Shown: positions 48,592 to 58,081 of the stretch, one piece after another
Layout: each line of letters begins with the position of its first letter
Numbering within the stretch: the first letter of the stretch is position 1
IMG/VR virus record: IMGVR_UViG_3300021142_000006
DNA: 64,000 bases
Direction: 5' to 3' (one strand)
From: a virus
Taxonomy: Duplodnaviria; Heunggongvirae; Uroviricota; Caudoviricetes
Made by a program: the position numbers and the translations under genes
The notes under the pieces: model-generated
Seen by the model: only the letters and a program-made list of their open reading frames with translations
Databases searched by the model: none
What the model was told of the DNA's origin: nothing

Positions 48592-48969
48592 TTATATATG
48601 TAAATATTGTGCTGTTAAAAATAACTGTAAATAATGTAGACATTGATCTATACCAATGACTACGAATGCCCAATGATAATTTTTTGATGCGAATAATGGA
48701 CTGGTTATTCTACTGGTAACGAAATCCGTTAAACCATGTGCAAAAAAGGTAATTGTAAATACAAATAAAACCGTTGGTGCAAATGATAATTTAAATACAT
48801 ACCACCAGAAACCTGCTGTAATAAGAGCATAGGTTAACACATGAAATGTTAATGCATCAAACCTTTTGCTCTTATTTTCAGCTTGCCATGAAGTCTGACA
48901 AAAAAAGTCAGCAAACCAATGTATAAAAATTATCAATAATATATTAATAATTATCTGGTTGGTTAACAT
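48592..48969 (-). CDS. membrane protein (4 TM)
   Basis: 125-aa hydrophobic ORF. Confidence 0.45.
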   Translation of the reverse strand: MLTNQIIINILLIIFIHWFADFFCQTSWQAENKSKRFDALTFHVLTYALITAGFWWYVFKLSFAPTVLFVFTITFFAHGLTDFVTSRITSPLFASKNYHWAFVVIGIDQCLHYLQLFLTAQYLHI

Positions 48970-50549
48970 ATTTCTTCAAGTTTTTTACGAATCTCGGTTA
49001 AAGTCGTTTGGTTATAGAATTTACCATCTTCGTAAATGGTTTGTAGAATTCCAGCGGCTTCCATTTCTGGAGTACATTGTGTATTTACAATATATTCACC
49101 ATCATAATCTTTAGTAACACAAACCCTACCTTTAAGTGATTTTTTGGTGCTCTTACCAGAAGCATCCCTATCAGTTACTGGTTCTTTGTAGATGTCATAT
49201 GATTGACGAATTTGGAATACGCTTTCGTCAGGATGTGAAGTTGCATCTTGCAATACTTCAAACCAAGCGCCTTTAGCGGCAAAACCTAAAGTATCACGAG
49301 TATTATATTGGTATGTGAATGAACCAACACCAAGTACAATATTAGTAGAAGCAAAACCTTTAGCGGCTAACCTTTCATAGATTTTAATCTGACGATCCAA
49401 TGTGATTGAATCACCGTAAATGGCACCAATGTGTGGGTCAAGAACTTTGTAACCTTGTTCGTTAACTGTACCACCGAAGATTTCCCAAAGTAATTCGATT
49501 ACACCTTTTTCTTCACTTGTCCAAATTTCATTTTTGTTTTCCGATAAATCTCGGTCACTTTGTAAAAATGAACCACAGATAATATCTACTGGATCACCTG
49601 AGTCAGGACGAATAACCAACTTACCATCACGAGCCATAATAGCTTCTTTGTTTGCTGGTAAGTATTCGGTAATCAACTCCCACAAATCAAATGTATCTGA
49701 CACAATGGAAAGAATACCTTTAGGGAATATCTGCAACCAATCGGCAATCATTTGTTGTTCACCAACTGTAAAAATCTTAGTACAACTAACTGAATGTTCG
49801 CTTGCGTTTACTGAATTGATAAAAACTTCATTTTCAGGTTCATCATAAAAATAACGAGCGCCTGGGATGCAAATAATTGTATCAGAACCTCTAAATGAAG
49901 TAGCATGTCCTAAACCACTTGATAACATATCCCAAGGAGATAAACCACGAGCAGAGAAATCATGAGCAAGGAAAGGAATTAACCATGCGTTAGCTGGATC
50001 TGTTTTCATAACCCAATTAACTAAATTCCTGCGATATTGTAAGGCAATAGTTGCTGATGTTGATGGTTTCCAAGCCAATGATGAAATGATTGTTTCCAAA
50101 TATAAAGTTAACCATGCAAAACCATCAATTGTATTGATGAATGTCATGTGTGGTATATTAGGTAATGTTTCAATACCTTCTGGTAATGATTTGATTCGAA
50201 TTGGTAAATAACCAACATCATGAAGAGCTTCGAAGTGTGAAGCATCATAATCCATTCCAAGATACATTGACATGTCTTTACCAAATTTAATAGCGATATC
50301 TTTTGGTTGGCTAAAGAAATGTTCTGTGAACTCGTCATGTAGCCAACGAACAAGTAATTGTTGACCAAATGATACAATTTTTTTGATACCACCTGGAGCA
50401 TATTTAACGCTACGTGGAATCCATGTGCCGTACAATCTTGTTGTACCTGGGGCTAACATTGCTTTGTGCGCTGTTTTATAGCCATCTACATAATATAAAC
50501 TACAAGGTTTAAACATATTTATTTTTTGTTTTAGAATGTAAAGATACAA
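48963..50549 (-). CDS. nadV: nicotinamide phosphoribosyltransferase (NAMPT/NadV)
   Basis: 528 aa. N-terminal YKTAHK..L region plus conserved GSDT and IRPDSGDP blocks typical of NAMPT. Confidence 0.85.
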   Translation of the reverse strand: MYLYILKQKINMFKPCSLYYVDGYKTAHKAMLAPGTTRLYGTWIPRSVKYAPGGIKKIVSFGQQLLVRWLHDEFTEHFFSQPKDIAIKFGKDMSMYLGMDYDASHFEALHDVGYLPIRIKSLPEGIETLPNIPHMTFINTIDGFAWLTLYLETIISSLAWKPSTSATIALQYRRNLVNWVMKTDPANAWLIPFLAHDFSARGLSPWDMLSSGLGHATSFRGSDTIICIPGARYFYDEPENEVFINSVNASEHSVSCTKIFTVGEQQMIADWLQIFPKGILSIVSDTFDLWELITEYLPANKEAIMARDGKLVIRPDSGDPVDIICGSFLQSDRDLSENKNEIWTSEEKGVIELLWEIFGGTVNEQGYKVLDPHIGAIYGDSITLDRQIKIYERLAAKGFASTNIVLGVGSFTYQYNTRDTLGFAAKGAWFEVLQDATSHPDESVFQIRQSYDIYKEPVTDRDASGKSTKKSLKGRVCVTKDYDGEYIVNTQCTPEMEAAGILQTIYEDGKFYNQTTLTEIRKKLEEIC

Positions 50550-50587
50550 ATCTATTTTAAAATTACAAACTTTTTATTGATTTTTTT

Positions 50588-51037
50588 TTAAACATCAAAA
50601 TCATCACCGCCATTTTTACCATCAGTCTTGACACGCATCATGGCAATGGATAATATTGCCATTGCAGGTAACAATGCTGTACGATCATCCAACAAATGGT
50701 TATAATATATTTTTCTATTATTACCATATGGTAATTCAATAACGTTTTCATTAACACCATCAATCTCAAACCCACCTTTAGTTAAACAATAATCTTTAAT
50801 GTAATCATATCTATCTGGCTTACATGCAGTAAAAATTACAATATAAGCACCAAGTTCCTTAGCTTCCCTAACCAATTTGAATACTTCTTCATAGTTAAAG
50901 TCATCAAATTTCCAGGGTGAAAGTGTATCGTCAAAGTCAATCGCCAACAAGATTTTTTTATGTTCCTTCCATTCCTTAACAAGCCTTACAATATACCTTT
51001 CCATATTCGGATGATATTCATAGTTAAAATTTTCCAT
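50588..51037 (-). CDS. HAD-family phosphatase
   Basis: DFDDTL motif I. Confidence 0.55.
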   Translation of the reverse strand: MENFNYEYHPNMERYIVRLVKEWKEHKKILLAIDFDDTLSPWKFDDFNYEEVFKLVREAKELGAYIVIFTACKPDRYDYIKDYCLTKGGFEIDGVNENVIELPYGNNRKIYYNHLLDDRTALLPAMAILSIAMMRVKTDGKNGGDDFDV

Positions 51038-51041
51038 AGTA

Positions 51042-51806
51042 TTAATTTTTATATTTCCAAATAAATTTTCCAGCGGTTTTAACTTTACCCTTCAAACAAG
51101 TTGTAATGTTTGTGGGAAATATATTTAATTCAGTTCCAGCCTCTTTTGCACTTTTCCAATCTCGTATATATTCACCTTCTTTAGTATATTGTTGAATTGG
51201 TATTGATAATTTATCAATCATTGATTCTTTGCTTTGTTCAGTTAAAGTACTTTTTTTACCTTTCATTGGATGTGTGTTTGTTTTAAAAAACTTTTTCATA
51301 CTTTCCGATTTTTTTTGTTTAACTTCATCTGGCATTTTTTTACCATACTGCCAATGTTTCTCACCACCTTGTGCTTCGGATTTTAATTTTCTTCGCCATT
51401 CTGGGTGTTTTTCACCAAGATGTGCCAATCGACATTTTTCCTTTGTTTCATCACTACGTTTAACGCCTAACGAACTGCCAGCAACTTTACAAACATTATA
51501 TTCGCTGTTTGAGTTATCGATCCACCATTGTTCACGAATCAATAAATCCTCTTTTTTATCGACCTTTTCAAGTATGATAAATTCAAAATTATCCTCACCA
51601 TATTTAGTCCAGGCTCTTTGCAGATAGTCGGAATGGTGTATTTCTTTTTTTAATTGTCGTAAATGTATTGTTTTACGTTTATAAAAGTTTACAGCCGATC
51701 CCACATATTTATGACCGTTGATTTTGTTTACTATTCCATATATTGCTTTCATAACAATAAATATATGGGAAAAGGACAAAATTCTACCCTTGATCGTCAA
51801 AGTCAA
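51042..51806 (-). CDS. GIY-YIG homing endonuclease with C-terminal NUMOD-type DNA-binding module
   Basis: IYGIVNKINGHKYVGSAVNFYKR...H matches the GIY-YIG motif. The C-terminus has a NUMOD1-like helix. Confidence 0.75.
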   Translation of the reverse strand: MTLTIKGRILSFSHIFIVMKAIYGIVNKINGHKYVGSAVNFYKRKTIHLRQLKKEIHHSDYLQRAWTKYGEDNFEFIILEKVDKKEDLLIREQWWIDNSNSEYNVCKVAGSSLGVKRSDETKEKCRLAHLGEKHPEWRRKLKSEAQGGEKHWQYGKKMPDEVKQKKSESMKKFFKTNTHPMKGKKSTLTEQSKESMIDKLSIPIQQYTKEGEYIRDWKSAKEAGTELNIFPTNITTCLKGKVKTAGKFIWKYKN

Positions 51807-51984
51807 CGCATAAAATAATTTTTTTATGTTCCTTCCATTCCTTAACTAATCTTGAAATGTATCTTTCCATATTAGGATCATACTCATAATTAAATGTTTC
51901 CATATTTTCATTTTTAAATAAAGGTTTACAATCGTGAATTATGCTCGAACTATATATAGTCATACCACATTTTTGCATGTCCAT
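51784..51984 (-). pseudogene. Duplicated 5' fragment of the HAD phosphatase gene (about 38 codons) upstream of the GIY-YIG gene
   Basis: METFNYEYDPNMERYISRLVKEWKEHKKIILCVDFDDQG copies the N-terminus of 50588..51037. The DNA at 51793-51902 is about 80% identical to 50929-51038. Confidence 0.5.
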
Positions 51985-52053
51985 GAACCGCCACCAAATT
52001 TTATATTTTCTTCCATCATAAAGGACTTTGATATATTATCGTTATATTTTTAT

Positions 52054-52380
52054 TTATCGTATTAGAATTACATTACCTTTTAACATATATAAACTATCAT
52101 TAGATGTATATCGGATTTGATAGTAATATGAACCCATATCTTGAAGAATACCATTATAGGAGCCATCCCAACCAGAATTATCTGTTGATCGATATATCAA
52201 TCTACCAGAACGGTTAAACACGCAGAAATCTAATATTTTCTCTGATGTTAAATTCACGATTTTGAATCTATCATTCACATTATCATTATTTGGTGTAAAT
52301 GCATTTGGAACGGCAAGTTTTGATTGTGAATAACATAATATTGTTATAAACAACAAGGGAATAAATAAAAGTGTTTTCAT
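52054..52380 (-). CDS. secreted protein consisting of a T9SS/gliding-motility C-terminal sorting domain
   Basis: Signal peptide, then VPNAFTPNNDNVNDRF...NRSGRLIY...GWDGSYNG...GSYYYQI matches the type-B T9SS CTD consensus. Confidence 0.55.
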   Translation of the reverse strand: MKTLLFIPLLFITILCYSQSKLAVPNAFTPNNDNVNDRFKIVNLTSEKILDFCVFNRSGRLIYRSTDNSGWDGSYNGILQDMGSYYYQIRYTSNDSLYMLKGNVILIR

Positions 52381-52391
52381 ATTTTATGTTT

Positions 52392-52802
52392 TTATAAATT
52401 TAACCAATAATCTTCTCCATATTCTAAGAATATTTCTGAACCAACAGGTATATCTTTTGTTGCGTAAATATATGCTCTACTTCTATTTTTTGTTATACCA
52501 ATAGAAGAATTATTTGCAAATCCATCAATTTTGGTCAACCCTTCAGCATCATTTGCATAAATTACAGGTGATTGATAATCATATGTATCCAATGTTTTAT
52601 AATCATCAAGTTCAACTAAATAATATCTTTTAATATGTCCAGAATCGTTTATAGAATTAACTTCCTCATTCGATATTATATTACCTTTGAAGTATCCAAT
52701 TATACTATCTTTCTTAAAAAATCTTTTGGCAAATAAACCATTACCAGCATTAGGTATGGTTGATTGTTTAACAACCAAAGATTTTGTTTCCAATTTATTC
52801 AT
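52392..52802 (-). CDS. SET-domain protein (putative lysine methyltransferase)
   Basis: IPNAGNGLFA start, a YANDA block in the NHS-equivalent position and C-terminal FLEYGEDYW, as in minimal viral/bacterial SET proteins. Confidence 0.65.
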   Translation of the reverse strand: MNKLETKSLVVKQSTIPNAGNGLFAKRFFKKDSIIGYFKGNIISNEEVNSINDSGHIKRYYLVELDDYKTLDTYDYQSPVIYANDAEGLTKIDGFANNSSIGITKNRSRAYIYATKDIPVGSEIFLEYGEDYWLNL

Positions 52803-52805
52803 AAA

Positions 52806-53369
52806 TTAATTATCAAACCAAAAAACTATTCTGGCAATATTATTGCCCTTCTCAAGCATCTTCATTGCGGCAAGAATAGCACGATATTCAATAGCAATAT
52901 TAAAAGTATCCAATTTATCATGGATTTTGATTGCCTTCGCAAATTCCTGAGTTGTAAGCCAAGAAAATGAATGCCAATCTGGTTGTGATGTATATCTTGT
53001 TTTACCAAAATTATCTTTAATAATTTCATTACCCCATCTTTCGGCCTGTTCAAGAGTACATTCATTTTCACCTTTACCATCTTCGGTAATATACATATAC
53101 GCATCAATCTTTGAATAAAAACCAAGTTCATCCAAAGGTGGTAAACCCTTAGCTGAAAATGATTCTGCAAAAGAACATCTAACACCATCACATAAAATAC
53201 CAAACATAGCATAATTTCTACCAGGGTTGAATTTACCACCGAAAGAATACCAATATGGTTTCTGAATATTTTTGATTTCTTCAGGTGATGAGTATTTTAT
53301 ATCCTGATTGTATTTATTATATTTTTCTCTATTAGTGTACTCAACGTACATATGAATATCGCAACCCAT
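52806..53369 (-). CDS. hypothetical protein
   Basis: 187-aa ORF. Confidence 0.5.
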   Translation of the reverse strand: MGCDIHMYVEYTNREKYNKYNQDIKYSSPEEIKNIQKPYWYSFGGKFNPGRNYAMFGILCDGVRCSFAESFSAKGLPPLDELGFYSKIDAYMYITEDGKGENECTLEQAERWGNEIIKDNFGKTRYTSQPDWHSFSWLTTQEFAKAIKIHDKLDTFNIAIEYRAILAAMKMLEKGNNIARIVFWFDN

Positions 53370-53371
53370 TT

Positions 53372-54337
53372 TTAAAAAACATTTAATTGTTGAATGAAAT
53401 CTTCTTTAATGGTAATATCTGAAAAATTGATATCAGCTTTATCTTTAACACTATTCGTGCAATAGATTTTTGTAAAGTATTTACTTAGTTCAGATAAACC
53501 AGCACTAAATATACCATGTGTTACCACCAAGTAAATATTGCCGTAATCTTTTGGTTGTACCGAACTTGATAAATTTCTACGTTCTTGGATTGTTTTTGCA
53601 ATTTCAATAAACGTTCTACCACCATCACAAATATCATCAAAAATAAAGAAATCTTTGTCAGCATCTGTTACTGACATGTGAACATTTGTGTAATCAATCT
53701 TACCAGTATCAAGATTACGATGTTTTGAAGCAATGATTACCTCATTTTTGTATTTCAAAGCTTCTGCCACATGAAATACTTTTTTCAAAGCACCAGCATC
53801 AGGAGATATAAAACGAACATTGTCATAATTTAGAGCTATTTTATCCCCATCGGTAAATTTTCCATCCTGGATTTGCGTTCTGAGATAATCAGATAAAGCA
53901 AAACGTGCCAACTCAGTGTTATCAATTTTTTTGAAGTTATTTATACATGCCTCAAGCACATCTGAATGAGGATCAACCACAGTAACGGACTCGTAATTTT
54001 GAGAATTGATAATAGGAGCAATAACGTGTTTAACGTAATTAATACCACCTTCCATGAACTTTCTGTCACTTCTGGCACCCATACAATATGGAATGTATAA
54101 TTCAATTGATTTTACACCTATACCACGAAGAGCTTGTGTGGCACAAATAATAAGTTCCAGATCCTGAAAATTATTCAATCTGGATTTAATTTTGATAGGT
54201 ATTGTTTGATTTGTAATACCGTAGAATGTATGTATATTTTCTTCTATCAGTCTTAATGACTGCTGACCGTCTGGGAAACGGCTAATTTCATATTTTATAC
54301 TATTTGTAGGGTTAACCAGATTTAATACATCTGTCAT
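53372..54337 (-). CDS. ribose-phosphate pyrophosphokinase-like (PRPP synthetase family)
   Basis: VVDPHSD, ISPDAGA and IFDDICDGGRT blocks correspond to the Prs flexible loop, PP loop and ribose-5-P loop. Confidence 0.75.
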   Translation of the reverse strand: MTDVLNLVNPTNSIKYEISRFPDGQQSLRLIEENIHTFYGITNQTIPIKIKSRLNNFQDLELIICATQALRGIGVKSIELYIPYCMGARSDRKFMEGGINYVKHVIAPIINSQNYESVTVVDPHSDVLEACINNFKKIDNTELARFALSDYLRTQIQDGKFTDGDKIALNYDNVRFISPDAGALKKVFHVAEALKYKNEVIIASKHRNLDTGKIDYTNVHMSVTDADKDFFIFDDICDGGRTFIEIAKTIQERRNLSSSVQPKDYGNIYLVVTHGIFSAGLSELSKYFTKIYCTNSVKDKADINFSDITIKEDFIQQLNVF

Positions 54338-54390
54338 CGCTTATAATTTTTTACAAAAATAAGCATTAAATAATTAACAACCAAATTTTT

Positions 54391-54963
54391 TTAGAAAATT
54401 TCGTTAATTATTCCATACCTCAATGCCTCATCAGCTCCAAAGTACCAATCTGTCTTCATCTTCTTTGCTAAAGTCATCTTTCTTCTGCTCAACTTGGTTC
54501 TCTCAATCAAATGGTCATCATATAATTGATCCAATGCCATGTTTTCCTTCAGGTCACTACTCATAGTAGTCAAGGTAGAGTTTATCTCTCCGATAAGACT
54601 TGTTTCATGATACATAAATCTACACATCCTATGCGCTTTTACATAATGTCCTGATACAGCAATATTCAAAGCTATTGACATAATAGAACCATAACACCAA
54701 ATATGAACAGGGGTTTTAGATGACTCTATTACCCCAATAATTGCACCACCAGCAGCTACATCACCACCCTCACTACATAAATGGAAATTTATCGGCATTC
54801 TCTCATATTTAGAATCAGCCTTCTCCATTTTTGTATCATATTCATTAATTATTAATATGAGATTAGCAGCTTCAGCAACAATTTCCTTATCAATGTCACC
54901 AAATAACACAATTTCCCTGGAAGGCTCTTCAATATCTAAATCTTCTTGCTTACTTTTACTCAT
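54391..54963 (-). CDS. ClpP-like serine protease
   Basis: GGDVAAGGAI, GSIMSIA and RFMYHET blocks parallel ClpP oxyanion/Ser/His regions. Confidence 0.5.
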   Translation of the reverse strand: MSKSKQEDLDIEEPSREIVLFGDIDKEIVAEAANLILIINEYDTKMEKADSKYERMPINFHLCSEGGDVAAGGAIIGVIESSKTPVHIWCYGSIMSIALNIAVSGHYVKAHRMCRFMYHETSLIGEINSTLTTMSSDLKENMALDQLYDDHLIERTKLSRRKMTLAKKMKTDWYFGADEALRYGIINEIF

Positions 54964-55062
54964 ATTAACAAATATAAAATATGTCTTATTATATATAAAA
55001 ATAGGAATTCCCCTACTATATATAATTAGTAAAGGAACTCCAATTATTACATATTTTTTTTG

Positions 55063-56403
55063 TTAATTTATGACTTCAGATTGTGCTTCCTCTTCGTCAA
55101 TAAACCCAGAATCCTTAATAATTCCTTCTAACACTTTGAAGTTGAAGTTCTTATGTTTGAAGATCCTAACAGCAAGGCCTGATTCAAGTCTGATACATGA
55201 ACCTTCTGACCAGTGTGTTGAGTCAGTTGGGTCGACACCATCTGAAACTTGGTTAACATATTCAATGAATTTGTCATTAAAATCACGGTCATCAGTGATG
55301 TTATGTCTTAATTTAAATTCATTTACCGTAAAACGGTCAAGTTCTGGTGAGTGTTTAACACCGATTTCAGAACAACGTCTTTTAACGTCATCCCATGAGT
55401 AGTCAACCATTTTACCATCTTCATTTGTCATTGTCATACGGTAAACAAATACGTCTGATTGACCGTCAGCACAACCATACTTGAAAATCATGTGTTTATT
55501 ATCACCAGCATTTGAATACAACTTGGTGAAGTTTTTGTCACCAATTTTTGTTGTATCCACCATACCCATAATTGGTCTGCCAAGTGACTCATATCCAACA
55601 ATTTCAAAATATACCGTTTCACCTTTTCTCAGGTTGTCTTTAAATAGGTTGAATGCTTTATCACGAATTGTTGGATCATGGAATTGTGTTCCTGAGCTTT
55701 CCTCAATAACAACCCTTCTTGTTCCATTTAGAAATGACCAATCCTTTTCTTTGATTTTGGCACCAAAAAACTTTGCAATCTTTTCGATTGTTGTTAACTT
55801 TCTGTCAATCAACACGTGACCAACCCTTCCAGATGTTCCATGTTGCTTAGATGTGATGATAATTAAATCGTTTGGTTCGATTTTATCAATGTTAACAATC
55901 ATATGTTTGGTATCGATATGTTCAAAGAACATTTCAGATGTTTTTGCTTTGCGAACTTTCTTTGGTTGATTCTCCTTAGCCGCTTTAACAGTTGCTGGAT
56001 TAACATATTTATTACAGATAGGTACACCTTTCCAAGTGTCGAATTCGTAACCTTCCACATCAAGACCAGTTATTTCAATGAATGCAAAATAGTGTAATGG
56101 AACCCAAAACCCATCTGAAATTTCACCACGAAACTTTTGAGCCCTAACCCTACGGTTATCATCAAACATACCTGGCTTAGCTTCAGTATTTTTGTTCTTA
56201 GTATTATCCCTATAAAGATTATTGGCTTTACAGAATTCGTCAGATAATTGTCCGTCACACGGAAAATACACACCCCATTCAGATTCCTTAGAATCCAATC
56301 CAATAACCACTTGGTTACCATGGCAAGTTGCCAACTGCACTTTATCCGCATTTGAATGTGGCCTTACATCTTTTAATCTTGTTACAATTGCTGTGTATGA
56401 CAT
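55063..56403 (-). CDS. ATP-dependent RNA ligase (Rnl2-like nucleotidyltransferase with N-terminal OB-like domain)
   Basis: Motif I KQHGTSG (KxHG[TS]), with downstream motif III/IV-like blocks (ETVYFEIVGYE, DVFVYRM). Confidence 0.55.
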   Translation of the reverse strand: MSYTAIVTRLKDVRPHSNADKVQLATCHGNQVVIGLDSKESEWGVYFPCDGQLSDEFCKANNLYRDNTKNKNTEAKPGMFDDNRRVRAQKFRGEISDGFWVPLHYFAFIEITGLDVEGYEFDTWKGVPICNKYVNPATVKAAKENQPKKVRKAKTSEMFFEHIDTKHMIVNIDKIEPNDLIIITSKQHGTSGRVGHVLIDRKLTTIEKIAKFFGAKIKEKDWSFLNGTRRVVIEESSGTQFHDPTIRDKAFNLFKDNLRKGETVYFEIVGYESLGRPIMGMVDTTKIGDKNFTKLYSNAGDNKHMIFKYGCADGQSDVFVYRMTMTNEDGKMVDYSWDDVKRRCSEIGVKHSPELDRFTVNEFKLRHNITDDRDFNDKFIEYVNQVSDGVDPTDSTHWSEGSCIRLESGLAVRIFKHKNFNFKVLEGIIKDSGFIDEEEAQSEVIN

Positions 56404-56410
56404 AAGTTTA

Positions 56411-56444
56411 TTATTTAGGGTACAAATATTTGTACCCTAAATAA
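56411..56444. promoter_or_regulatory. 34-bp perfect palindrome at the RNA-ligase start
   Basis: TTATTTAGGGTACAAATATTTGTACCCTAAATAA is its own reverse complement. It lies just upstream of the start codon at 56403. Confidence 0.6.
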
Positions 56445-56465
56445 TAAATACAATAATAATTTTAA

Positions 56466-56505
56466 AAAACAAAAAACCACCTAATTTTTTTTAGGTGGTT
56501 TTATA
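56466..56505 (-). terminator. rho-independent terminator downstream of the thioredoxin gene
   Basis: CCACCTAA-TTTTTT-TTAGGTGG hairpin flanked by A and T runs (bidirectional in form). Confidence 0.6.
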
Positions 56506-56523
56506 AATTTAATTAATGATAAA

Positions 56524-56835
56524 TTATCTCAAATTGTTAATCATCTCATTAATCTTAGGCTTTGGTTGAATTCCTTTGAATTGTTCCATTGTTTTACCAC
56601 CTTTCATAAGGAATACATGGGGTATGGATTGTATACCATATTCTGCTGATAATTCAGCATTTTCATCAACGTTTACCTTGAAGAAGGCAACATCATTATT
56701 TTCCTTGGACATTGTTTCCAACAATGGGGTTAACATTTTGCAAGGACCGCACCATGGTGCATAAAAGTCAACAACAACTTTGTCATTGCTTGCTATAGCT
56801 TCATCAAGCTGAGCTTTCGATTTAATTTCTATCAT
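56524..56835 (-). CDS. trx: thioredoxin
   Basis: WCGPC active site and thioredoxin-length fold (103 aa). Confidence 0.9.
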   Translation of the reverse strand: MIEIKSKAQLDEAIASNDKVVVDFYAPWCGPCKMLTPLLETMSKENNDVAFFKVNVDENAELSAEYGIQSIPHVFLMKGGKTMEQFKGIQPKPKINEMINNLR

Positions 56836-56836
56836 A

Positions 56837-57544
56837 TTATTTAGATTCTTTTCTTTGTTTATCAGTAAAATTTAATTCATCTTTAAGGTTGTCCATTACA
56901 GCATTTAAATTTATTTCATCACCAACACTCATGCTCTTTAAAGAAGCTGTTTTAGCGCTTCTATATGACCTTATATTAGAACTGAATGCCGCATATGTTG
57001 CACCTATCGAATTATCATTTGTAGCCCAACTAAGAGTACTTTTATCAGACATACCCATTGCGCCACCAACAGAAATAGCGTCTTGATTTGCACCCAGGTA
57101 AACAAATTTCCAGTTATCCTTTTCTTTTTGTTCGATTATGTTTTTGATAGCATTACCTTTATATTCTCTACTGGCGTTTTCTTCACCATCAGTGATAATT
57201 ACCATAATGATATCACGGTCAGTTTTTTCCAATTCATTGATTGTTTTACCAATAGCATCGTGTAATGCTGTTGAACCCCTTGGTTGATAGGTTTCACCAT
57301 ATACTAAGTCGTTAACGTCTTTAATTGGTGTGGATTTATAATTCAATTCATATCTGTCATCAAATTGCACCAAAGTTACAAATGCTTCACCTTCAGCATT
57401 TTTTTGTTCGTTTAAAAACTTATTAAAGTTCTCAACAGTTGCTTTAGCAATACTTGACATTGAACCTGAACGATCCAATATAACAACAATTTCGGTTTGA
57501 TTTAATTTTTTTTCTGTGTCAACCACATTAATTTGTTCTTGCAT
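56837..57544 (-). CDS. von Willebrand factor A (vWA) domain protein
   Basis: MIDAS motif DRSGSM, with downstream T and D residues of the vWA fold. Confidence 0.7.
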   Translation of the reverse strand: MQEQINVVDTEKKLNQTEIVVILDRSGSMSSIAKATVENFNKFLNEQKNAEGEAFVTLVQFDDRYELNYKSTPIKDVNDLVYGETYQPRGSTALHDAIGKTINELEKTDRDIIMVIITDGEENASREYKGNAIKNIIEQKEKDNWKFVYLGANQDAISVGGAMGMSDKSTLSWATNDNSIGATYAAFSSNIRSYRSAKTASLKSMSVGDEINLNAVMDNLKDELNFTDKQRKESK

Positions 57545-57568
57545 AAATTTTAATTTTTATTTATTTTA

Positions 57569-57778
57569 TTATTCAATACGTTTATCAACGCCATATTTTT
57601 CCATTTGAGCAACACATAGTGCCGATATTTTTCTGAAAAGCTCCATGGTGTTAGTATGTGGGTCAGAACCTTTGTACCATGTTTCATGTGCTTTGTTAAG
57701 ATTATGTTGGATTGCTGATAATGCATCTCCAAGATGAAAATCTTTTATAATGTCTGGGCGGTACTTGTTTTTACTCAT
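57569..57778 (-). CDS. hypothetical protein
   Basis: 69-aa ORF. The overlapping alternative 57550..57732 is less likely. Confidence 0.35.
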   Translation of the reverse strand: MSKNKYRPDIIKDFHLGDALSAIQHNLNKAHETWYKGSDPHTNTMELFRKISALCVAQMEKYGVDKRIE

Positions 57779-57844
57779 CGCTTCTTGATAGTTCCGCTCA
57801 CCATCGATTGCCTCATAAACTTATTGACGTGTCATATTATTAAT

Positions 57845-58081
57845 TTATTTATTTATAAAATTTGATTTTCCTTTATATGGAGTTTCTTTAAAAGAAGATT
57901 CACCTAAAACAAATAATAAACCATTTATTAATTTATTTTGTTTAATCATTTTAGATAGATGACTTGGTGAGATTTTAAATTGTTTAGCACATTCTAACAA
58001 TGAATCAAATCTCTTTATTTTTTCACCATCTTTAATAAGAAATACTTCTTTTTTTATACATTTCAATTTTTGATTATTCAC
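57845..58081 (-). CDS. small NUMOD1-like DNA-binding protein (orphan homing-endonuclease DNA-binding module)
   Basis: KRFDSLLECAKQFKISPSHLSKMIKQNK resembles IENR/NUMOD1 helices found at HEG C-termini. Confidence 0.4.
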   Translation of the reverse strand: MNNQKLKCIKKEVFLIKDGEKIKRFDSLLECAKQFKISPSHLSKMIKQNKLINGLLFVLGESSFKETPYKGKSNFINK

